Source: Marsupella aquatica (taxonomy: Eukaryota; Plantae; Marchantiophyta). From it: a stretch of DNA of 64,000 nucleotides. The notes under the pieces were generated by a model. The model was not told the DNA's origin. It worked only from the letters and a program-made list of their open reading frames with translations, and searched no databases. Numbering within the stretch: the first letter of the stretch is position 1; every line of letters begins with the position of its first letter. Location of the stretch: assembly GCA_973895155.1 (NCBI GenBank), contig OZ316895.1, positions 4,203,659-4,267,658 on the forward strand. The letters are read 5' to 3'. This document shows, piece after piece, positions 51,001 to 61,773 of this stretch. Both the position numbers and the translations under genes were made by a program.

Positions 51001-52942
51001 CATCTGCTGCTGACTCTTTGTTCGATGTTTACACTTCTATGCTTTCAGGCTGGTGGACGAAACTTCCGCTCCTGAGAATGCTGATGCTATACAATCCAGG
51101 AACGGAGTGGATTTGGTGGCTGGATAGCGATGCTGTGTTCACAGACATCGATTACAGACTCGATTTTGCAAGGTGCCTTTGCGAATACCCTACCATTAAA
51201 TATCACCCTTTGTTGACTTTGCTTAGGCTCGGGTATTGATTAATTGTGTCATCACCTCGGGTTTCCGTTCGCCTGAACCTGCTTTGTCTACTATGAATAC
51301 TAGACATGCCCATAAACAAGTACCATCATCACTACGAATATGTCTAATGTCACATGAGAAACTATGTGTAATAATCTAAAAGGCGAAAGGAAGAAGTACG
51401 AGTATCAAAGGAAAAGACTAAAAAACGAAAATCTTCGGGGTTGTTTTTGCCGCTCTTGGATATATCGGGCGATATGTAGCAAAAGTTCTCTATCGCAAAC
51501 GCTATTGCGGGAGCTTTAATGTTTTTCTATCTCATATAAATGATGCAACTTGCTACAAAATTAATGCCAATGAAAACAAGTTTTATAGGTTAGAAATGTA
51601 CCACACTCGAATTGATCATGAGGGATGGGCATGCAGTTCATTGTACACAGGAGGTCCTAGGTTCAACTCCTAGTCTGTTCATGTTGTTGACCATCCCAAC
51701 ATGATATCATAGCCAAAGATCAGGAGTTACCCTTGTAGGGATTGTGGCTCAAGGGAGGGTGTTGGAAATGAACCACGCTCCAAACTCATGAGGGATGCAG
51801 GCATCAAGGGTCTGTTGTGTGGCTCAAGGGAGGGTTTTGGGAATGAACCACGTTGGAACTGATGAGGAATGCAGGCATCAAGAGCCTGTACCTCACTCGG
51901 AAGTCCTAGGTTCAATTCCTAGCCAGTCCTGTCCATGTTGTTGACAACATAATAAACGAAGCAGCTGAAATATGTCATTGATAGGTCTACCACAATCATC
52001 TGTGTCGGCGGATTTGAGGATGCTTCAATGTGTTGCTGTAAAATGCGTAGAACTAATCTGCACAAGTTACGAGTTTGGATATCTATTGGAATGTTCAGGT
52101 ACAATGCGAGCGGATTCAACTTGGTCATGTACGGTGAAGAGCATAAGGTGTATGATGAGCGCATGTATAATGGGATCAACACCGGTAATTTCCTCATTCG
52201 AAACTGTCAGTGGTCATTAGATCTCTTTGATAGATGGGCTTCCTTTGGTGCCACTAAAGAAATCAGGGAGAAAAATGGGGATCTCCTGTACAACACCCTT
52301 AGTAGACCACCTAGGTGGGATGCCGACGATCAGAGTGTGTTGGTGTACTTGCTGATCTCGGAACGAGAAAATTGGGGATCAAAGACGAACATGGAGATCA
52401 CGATCTCAATGAGTGGAGAGTGGCAGTTTTGTACTGCGAGATTCCACGACGAATATTTCGCGGGGATACAACCATTTGTGACCCACTTTGCAGGTTGCAA
52501 ACCTTGCCACGACCCAACGTACGACCTGCAGGTGGAGTGTATGAAAGGGATAGACATGACGTACAATTTTGCTGACAACCAAGTCCTCAAACAGTATGGT
52601 CTTCGCCATGTGCACCTGAAATCAGCAAAGCTTCTCCATAGGTCCTCTCTAGTCAACGAAACCCTGTCAGCAGCACAGGACGACAGAAAATACCTTAACC
52701 TGAAGGAGGCCGCTACAACTGAATCTGAGGATTCAGCTGAGCAGCAGAAGACTGGCATTTTGGAGGAGCTTGATCGATTCAGTGAGGAAAAGGTTGACCC
52801 ATCAGAGAAGGACCCGCTTAAACCTTCGAAAATAAAAAAGGTTGGCACCTCTAGAGAGGAGACGGATGAAATATCTGAGGAGAACCAGGTTGACGTATCC
52901 CATGAGGAGCAGGTTGACACGTCAAATGAGAAAGCTGCTTAG
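48093..52942 (+). CDS. GT34-family glycosyltransferase with two tandem GT34 domains and an acidic tail; paralog B, about 818 aa
   Basis: Exons 48093-48635, 49147-49737, 50217-50485, 50675-50760, 51049-51172 and 52099-52942. Intron positions and phases are identical to paralog A, and two full GT34 motif sets are present. Confidence 0.9.
51615..51950 (+). mobile_element. tRNA-derived SINE-like remnant in intron 5 of GT34 paralog B
   Basis: Two T-arm hairpins carrying a B box: CTAGG-TTCAACT-CCTAG (51657-51673) and CTAGG-TTCAATT-CCTAG (51906-51922). A-box-like TGGCTCAAGGG occurs twice within a duplicated unit of about 76 bp. Confidence 0.55.
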
Positions 52943-53645
52943 ACTAGGGAATAATTTACTGAATCCTAGGAGGTGAATCGCAAGAAGGCTGATCATGAGT
53001 AAAAAGACGCGGAGTTGAAGCTATCCAAGGCGAAGATGTCTGCAGCTGATCATGAAGAGGATGTGGAGGTTCCCGAAGAAAAGATGGCAACAACTGAGGA
53101 CGTAGTCGGGACAGTACAGGAGTAATATGAGGACTTCAGTCTAATGAAGTCGAACTGGGGAGTCCCGGAAGTTTGAAGGCATGAAGGCCTAAAAGCATTA
53201 GGCAACAATATAGCGAGGAAGAACAGATCTGTGCTGAATTATTGTAAACGTTCTGGAAGCTCCACTTTCACGGAATAGATAACAAATCTTTTGCAAACTT
53301 CACTCTAAACCTTCAACTTCTTATAGTGATGCGAAATTTCAGGTATATGCCAAAATTCCACCACCAATCTCTTCAAATACGGATGTCCGGAAATAGTCTC
53401 GAGAGAACTCACCCGTTTTATTTCGGACACCGTTGTTGTCCAACTCCCTGCATATGGGGTTAAGTATGGTTGGGAGTGTCAAAACACGTTATTAGGGCGT
53501 GTCAAATCGGGGCAAGTATGGTGGGGAGTGTCTAATAGGGTGTGTCAAATTATAGTCATACTACAAAGGAAGAGGCAAGACATACAATAAATTTATGGTC
53601 AGGACATAACTCCTTCCACTCTAGCTTAATACACTTCCCATAAGA

Positions 53646-53773
53646 ATTTTATGTTCGAAACAAAAGTAGCAATAAAACTTTTCTTATTGTTGAACTTTGA
53701 CACACCAGATTTTATGTTCGAAACAAAAGTAGCAATAAAACTTTTCTTATTGTTGAACTTTGACACACCAGAT
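53646..53773. repeat. 63-bp tandem duplication
   Basis: tttatgttcgaaacaaaagtagcaataaaacttttcttattgttgaactttgacacaccaga occurs twice. Confidence 0.92.
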
Positions 53774-54729
53774 GAGGAGTCTCAAAGCTTTGAAATTAAG
53801 GATGATGACATTCACCATAAAGGATCCGCTATAACTTTACACAAGGTGAAATAAAAGCTCATTGCTGTTTTTTTTTGTGTCACCAGCCTCTACTAATGAT
53901 TATGGCATATGGCAAGATAGAGATAGAGATAGAGCAAATCAAGGTTCACAGACTTACTTTATGGGAGCATAAGTTCACCCCCTTCACTCTTTTTTACTTA
54001 GTTTGAAGTTTCAAGGGAGTTCCCCAGCTGTAACCCCCTCACCATGCAGCCTCCAGGGGCAGCCTCGCCAGGGAGTTCCAGGTCTCAAAATTATCCCAGC
54101 AAGCACGAATCTCATTCAACATTGTATGTGAAAATGAATTTCTCAATACCGGGCTCAACACTCAGTTTGTTTTGCTAAACAATGGCCTGTTAATATGGGG
54201 GCCGCTGCTCTAACTCCCTAGGGCTCACCCACCGAAAGAAATTACATCCCATAACGCCTTCCAGGTCATAATTATATAAATTATGCATTCTACACATCTC
54301 CAACAGTTACTATAATTATCTTTGATTGCAGTTGAAAGCTACTCTCAAGGCTTACAACATAGAGTGGAGCGACTAGACTGTGGCTTTGGGGGCACAAACT
54401 GAACGTCGCACACGGTTGGAACATGAGGATTGGGGCCAAGTGACCCAAAAGCATTTGAATATGGATCAATGAATGTGGCTTGAATTGAATGTCTACTACC
54501 AACTCTGGACTCGTACATTTTTTGGCAATGCCTTTTTCGTTCTCTGCTCCTCATCTCTGGTTACGCTCAAGGAAGGGAACAATTAAAGGTTATTGTAGTT
54601 TTAAAATACTAACGGAGCTGAGTGAATAAGCAAATTAGTGTTCTCTACTTTTGTGTAGAGTAACCCATCCGGGATGTAACCCATCCGGGATGTGCATGGC
54701 TAGTGACAAGCGGGACGCTACCAGCCCTT

Positions 54730-54927
54730 CGTCAATTGGCAGCTGCGCCTCCAATATTTTGGACCAATCTCACCTCCGTTGCTCAGTATCATTCGATTCA
54801 ATCTAACTGGGCCGAGTGTATGTGTGCGCATAGTCCACATCGTCAACTGGCAGCTACGCCTCTAACATTTTGCACCAGTCTCACCTCCGTTATGTTGCTA
54901 CCTATCATTCGATTGAGTCGAATTTGA
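54730..54927. repeat. Diverged tandem duplication of about 111 bp
   Basis: cgtcaa(t/c)tggcagct.cgcctc...tctcacctccgtt...tatcattcgatt at 54730 and 54841. Confidence 0.8.
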
Positions 54928-55989
54928 TTGTATGTATACAAATACTGACTGAAGAACGACGTGCAATTTAAGTGACATGTGACCACGGGAGCAACCTATG
55001 TATCTATTTATGACGACTGTTCAAACTGGTGGACTCCATTACTGTCTTTCGAACTGAGTGGCATCGCAAAACTTTTTACTCTTATAATTCGGTCTCCGAG
55101 CGAACCTTACTGTCGCTTGCCCACCATGACTTCAGAACGTGCGTTATTGGCCGACCCACAGCCAAATTGGGTCCTTGTGAACATTGAATTTGTTGCGTTA
55201 TTGGTTCCTTCAAATTCCTGGAAAGAGATCCAGAATTTCGAAACCAAGGTGACGCGCCGCGCTCTAACTCTGAGTATATTCTCAGGAAACCTGGAAAGCG
55301 CCAAAGTTTGAAGCGGCGCTTATCTGAAAGGTGATGACGCTTTTGACATTCCGTAGCTACTTTCTTCCTCCTTGACACTGTAAGTCGTCTGAGTTTCCTT
55401 TCAAACTAAAGTGACATGGATCATCAGCCTTGCACAGCTCGATGTATAATTATATCATTAGCATTGTCCCTAATTTATTTCATCTCCATGTATGAAGGCC
55501 CGAAGAAAATTTGACGCCTCTGCAGGAGGTTCCGTTGCGCCATCGGAAGAGACTCCTTCACGGTCGACATATGCACTTGTAAGCAGGGCACGAAGCAAGC
55601 TAAGTCAAAGGAGCTGCGTGATGTATCAAAAGCAAAAGCGAAACAACATGTACGTGGTCAAAGGGCTTATCGATTTTATGAGTGAACGCATTCATAACTT
55701 ATACTTGTCAGAATATATGTCAAGTGGCAATATAGATTTCGAAAGATCTATTCTTCAAGCCCGACACGGACCAATAGAGATCTCCCTAATAGCTGTCTTT
55801 GTCTCAAGTTACTCTATCTAGTTAGGGCCCTCTTAGTAGCACATCGTGCCTCATAGTTTTCCACTAAGGATCTCTAATGTATATAGAGTAACTAGAAATG
55901 ATGTCATACACCTAGATCCCAGGATATTTGTCACCACCACCGGCCAATTGAATTTATTTAACAACCGGTGAAAATATTTAATTATAATT

Positions 55990-57960
55990 CATATCTTTAT
56001 CTTGTGTGATTACCAACCTAGACTTGTAGACCTTCGATATATCTCTTGTAAAGTGATCCTTCAACTTGTATATTCATTTGTTGTCCATCGCTTGTTATCC
56101 CTTTGACAGTTTGACAAGCTCTCAAGTTTTGTTATCGTTCAATGATTATTCTCCGTTTGCATTATTGTAGTCCAGTCTTGCTCCTCCTTAGAAGCGAAAT
56201 AAATTTAGTCATTTTTTAGGTAACCCCCATGCTTCTTGTTTTGAGTGGAAGTGCGCACTTGCCTCATGAAATGAAGAAGATTCTCCTCCTTCCAGAATCA
56301 ACGCATGCATGACTCTCATCATAGAAACAAAATCTTCCTCTTGCAACTGAGATAAATGAACCCACTATCCATACCTTGGTGGAGCACATACAAGGAGACC
56401 AAATGTTCTTTTAGTCGATGACTCTGGTTGATCTGCATTTGCTAGTACAATCTGAAGCTCAGCATCATCTTCTTGTTGCTCACCACCATAAAAATATTCC
56501 TCTGGTTCCTCTGGCATAGGAACCAACTTCATCATTGGAGCAACTTCTTCTCTCGGACAGTCATACATCTCATAACCAATCTCTCCCTCAACAAAATCTG
56601 GGATAGAAGATTTTCCTTTGTCAGTACGGGAAACTAAGTATTCTTCTCCTCCTTCAATTATAATTTGGATTCATTGAAGGAAATATCCATGCTGACAATG
56701 AACTACAAGCAAATAATAAGATTCCATAGCCTGTAGGTTTTCACATCACTTTGGTATCCAAGAAAAACACATTTCTTGGATTTAGGATCCAACTTGGTCC
56801 TATTTTGTTTTGGTGTGAGAACATATGCATCACTTCCAACAACTACCAAGCCATGATAGTATGTTTGCCGCTATAGAGCATCTTAAACGGCGTTTTGAAA
56901 TTGATTGCATTAGAAGGAGAAACATAATTTATCAAAGAAACTACATTATTGACAATGTCTACCCAAAATTCTTGTGTAAACCTGATTGGCTCAACGTACT
57001 CCTTGACCGCTCAAACAATAGTGTCTAATTGATCCTCTCAATGACACCAGTCTGTTGCGAGGTATAAACTGTGGTGATATGGTGAGTTATCCTATGTTCT
57101 AAACAGTACTCTTCAACTTTCACTGAAGTGTACTCCCCGTTGTTGTCTGACCTCAGACTTTTTATCCATGTACATCCAAACATTGGACTGTCTTTCCAAT
57201 CTGATTCTCCACGTACATGAGCCTTCCACTTCTTCAAAATTGACAAGACATCATGCAAATTTATGCGTCATGAAATAAATCCACACAAATCTTGAGTAAT
57301 TGTCTATTAAAGATACATAGTACAATTTTTGAGAGTGTGAGGGTCCCCACACGTCATTATGTATGTACTCAAGAATCGCTTTGGAACAATGAGTTCCAAC
57401 ACCAAAAGCACGACAATGTTGCTTTCCAAGAATACAATGCTCATTGAACTCTAATTTACAAGACTTCAAATCATAAATGAGTCTTCTGTAAGATAGCCAA
57501 ACTTTTCTCGCTCATGTGGTTAGCCGTGAATGCCATAATTGAGTCATCTCCTCGTGAGACTTGGTTACATTGGTCTCTCTACATATAGTATTACCTACAA
57601 TACATACAAATTATGTTGTTTGCTCCCCTTCAAAATCACAGTCTCTTTTGACATGACTTGAAGTTCACCATCAATAATGCTCCATTGATGACCATTTGTA
57701 TCCAACACACCAAGTGAAATCAAATTTTTACGTAGGATGTCAGGTACATACCTGACTCCGGACATTGTGCGCACAATGTCATCAAACATTTGAATCTTCA
57801 CAAATCCAATGCCCTCAATTTGACAAGAGTGATCATTTCCCATCAGAACTGAACCGATTGAAATAGAGTAAAAATTGAAAAGCTCACAAATGTAGCAAAT
57901 GTGAAAAGAGCAAGCTCAAGAGCAAGTACAATCAATTCAAGAATCCACACATCATCTCCT
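55990..57960 (-). mobile_element. Degenerate Ty1/copia pol remnant (protease, GAG-pre-integrase, integrase core)
   Basis: Broken frames read DDVWIL...SFHIC; MGNDHSCQIEGIGFVKIQMFDDIVRTMSGVRYVPD..KNLISLGVLD; EHCILGKQH..LEYIHNDVWGPS..YYVSLIDNYSRFVWIYF; and IKSLRSDNNGEYTS...TSQQTGVIERIN. Many stops and frameshifts. Confidence 0.9.
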
Positions 57961-60900
57961 CTCCCACACACCAGTACACGGGGAGAGGGGCCATCCAAGC
58001 ATAAACGTGTGTGTATAAACACACAAAATGCCCTAAACCCCTCTAAAAGAAAAATATTGACCCCATGATTGACCCCAAACAAAAATTTGCCAATGACACA
58101 CCTTAACCGTCGCCGTTTCAAATGAGAAAACAATGAGTTGTTAAATCACACCAGCATTGTCTCCAACTCCAGCATTGTAAAAAAAATTGGCATATCTTGA
58201 TCCCTTCACTTCAGACAAGTGCCCATCCTGCTCTCAAAACAGCCGCTTTTGCCATGATCTTTCTATTTAGCCTTAGCACTTTATGTTTGCTTCTTTGAGT
58301 CAAACGTCATGACAAGTAACCTGATTTAGGGAAAAACAAGCACGGACCATAGCTTGTCAAGAAACCAAAACTCAACTTCCACTTGTCATGACGTACTTGC
58401 TCCGCAAACGTCAATAAACCATGTACCAAAACGACCAGCTCGCTTCAATCTACAACTTGAGCTATAACATGTGATGTCTCACACACCGCACAACTCACAC
58501 TGTTGATAAAAGGACCTCCAGTCTCTCCCAAAAAAAATTTGAACAAAAAAAATTCAAAACAACACAAAGATCACAGTGAGTTCTATGCACCAATAAAAAA
58601 CCCTCTCACTAATCTATCCACTCAGCCCATAACATTTGAGTTTCATGCGACAAAACTCTGAGTGCAACATAGTGATGGACCTTGCCATCCAGTGCCCTCA
58701 CCAATCTCAGCACCCACGCCTAAGTGCCCCTGGTGCCTGAACGCCTCCACGGAATACCTCAAGCAAGCACTTTAGTGCCCCTTGCACCACCAGCGGCCCC
58801 TGTCATACCAAGCCGCACTTGCTCTCCAACACGGCCGCTACTCAACCGTCCTCACAGTCTGCACAAGCAACCAAGCGTCTTGGTAAGTAACCCTTTAGGA
58901 TCTAGATCTTTCCAAGTCTAGCATCCTAACTCAAGCTCAACAAATAGGGTAAGCGTTTTAAAGGAAACTTGTATAAAATGTATCTTAGAAACTCGAATTC
59001 GTTCCCGTAGGGAATAAAGGAAATCAACTTATGATAGTATTAAGGTCTTTGAGATCTTTAGAAGTCTCTTTCCTTACACAACTACTAAATATCACTCAAA
59101 ATATTTATGATCAGTCATTTTAATATGGAAACTCTCAGATTATCGCTCCTTCTCAATAGAAGTTTGATTTTTGTTCCATTCCTAAATTTCTTATACTCAA
59201 CAGAGATCGGCTTTACATTAGGGATTTCACTACAATTCTCTAAACTCTAGATTTCAAAGCTTTACTCATATTTTCTATACAAAACCAAATAAACGTTTTC
59301 TTAAAATATATTCATTCATTCCAAGGTTTACAAGAAATGCACAAGAAAATCATGAATAACAGTGGAATTTGGGTGGTCCATTTTCTCATTTCTATGATTC
59401 TTCCTCCTAAGCCCAACTTGGCATGAGGAAAAGACCCACACTAGTCACAAATCATTTCCAGAGAAAATGACAAGGCAATTTTGCCTGGGAGTTCAATTGT
59501 AATAATCCCTCACAGATCAAAAAGATCTGAAAATGTTGCTAAACTACCTCTTAACTAACTATTAATTGAAGATCTGAAGAGGTGAGTAGTTCTAACCACT
59601 TTCCTAAGCTAAGATTCCTAATGATGGCTAAATTAGTTTATCTAAGCTAAACTCTATCTAATGAGCTCAATTTAGGGAAAAGGGAGAGAAACTGTTTAAG
59701 AAATGCTTAATCAAAATTCAACTTAAAACGCCAGAGTGAACCTTCAGATGAAAAACAGTTTGTTGGTTAAACTGATCTTCTTATGATTATCCTTAACTCC
59801 TTCATCTTCTCTAAGTGACTTCATTCTGTCACTTAAAATGCTTCAAAAGATTTGAAAAATTTAAGTTTAATACTCCTTTATAATACTTCCACAAAAAAGG
59901 CTTTCCACAACAAACATTGGTAAGTGGTCAGCGATAGGTCCTCCCGATGCCATAAGCCGAAACCAGATCCAACGCCCACTGTTTGTCCAGAACAGCTTCT
60001 TCCTTGGGCGCAGTCCAGGTTCTCCCTCATACCTATCCATCACCAACTGACCACATGCTCATGGCCAAAATAACATAGCTTGTCCTAAAGCTTGTCCCAA
60101 CACGCCGGGACTAGAATGGCCCCGATCGACTCTAGCAACCGACTCCCGGTTCTCGCCCCACTGTTGGTCTAGGGGCCAAGCACCCTTGGAACTCAACCTC
60201 AATGCCTACTTGGCCTTGCCTCCCTAATGCAAGCTCCCTTGAGAGACTGAACGCGGCTTGGCTGCTATTTCGGCAGGATTTGGCAAGCGGGCAAGATAAC
60301 ACCTGCAAAACCTTGATACCCTACGGCTCCCTAGACCCAGCTGAGCTCAAGAGGATGTAGCCCTCGTTAAGAGCTTTCCAACGCACCCAACACTAGTACA
60401 TTTTGGGGCCTAGTCCGATTCTCACCTTCCGATGATGCCAAGGTTTCCGATTCTATTCTAATTGGATGTACGATCCAACCGTCCAAGCCAACGCGTATCG
60501 GACCTTGCCATTAAACTAGAATCGGACTATCACCATTCCAACCCAATCACAAACGAGCCGTCACTACGATGTAGGAAAAGTTGGATTGTTTGTCAAAGCC
60601 AGAAACAATTGGACCGCTTGGTCCGATTCTTCTCCAATGCTAGATGAATTGGAACCCCTTTCCAAAAAAAAACGTAAGCACGTTTTCGGATCAAATTAGA
60701 ATTGGAAGTTGCCATTCAATACAAATTGGAAGTTTTCGATGCGCATGGAATTGGATATTCCAAGGTTTTTAGGATTGGACAATTGTTTCCAAGTGGTAGG
60801 CAATGGGATTCATATTTGCAATACAAATACAATGAGATCTTGGTCCAATTGTTGGTGCAATGGACTTTGTGGTCCAACTCTTTGGGAATTGGAAGTGTGT

Positions 60901-61773
60901 CTACGATTCATTTAGAATTGGAACCTTTGGCAAGGCCAGGGTCATCCCTCATCTGCTCATGGAAACTATTGACCGGTCCTGAATCATGTGTAGCATAGCC
61001 TTTGTAGTCTGTGTTCCTAGGATGAGAAATCTTATGCCAATGGCCATTCCTATCTTTACAATGCACTACCCTATATTAATGGTTACCAAAAGTTTTCGTT
61101 AAATTGTAAGTCAAAGCCTTTTGACTCGATGAAAAAAATTCTTGCGGTCAACAAAAATAGTTGTCTTCATTGTCATCTAGGTCAAAATTCTATATATATT
61201 GTATCCCTAAATGAACTTAACCACGCCCCAATAGGAATTGTAGCAATTTGAGGAGGACATTGGTTTGTTTGGCGATCTAACATTGATAGGTAAATTGGTT
61301 CCCATATGGTCAACATAGATCACAGTATTCATTAAAACTGGAAATTTAAAAGTCCAGATTGTGATCCTCAAATTTACATTCTTGTCTCTAAAAAGTCCAT
61401 TAATTTTGCTCCAAATAAACAATTTTTCAAGACTAAATATACACTCTTTTTGGTTTAAAATTACACTTTTGCACTCCAAATTTGATTTTAATCAATTAAT
61501 CATAATACAGAAATTATTAATATTAATTGTATTTGAAATTAAATAGATAAGTGACAAACATGTATCATTTGGTCAAAAACTCATGATTAAATTCAAAGTG
61601 AGATTAATCATCTCATTTATCATAACATATATTCAAGGTTGGCTAGCCATAATGTCGATCCTACTCCAATGGTCAAGCTAGTGTAAAGTCCAAAGTAGTT
61701 CTATGACCTGTGAAATAGAAAAATGATTGCATGACTCCAATCTTGTGTCCTACAATGTACAGAAACATAATGA

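Noticed and set aside
51640-51680. Functional tRNA gene
   Set aside because: Only the T-arm is present; no acceptor stem, D-arm or anticodon arm could be built.
52330-52920. 196-aa Ser-rich antisense ORF
   Set aside because: Shadow of the Glu-rich GT34-B last exon.
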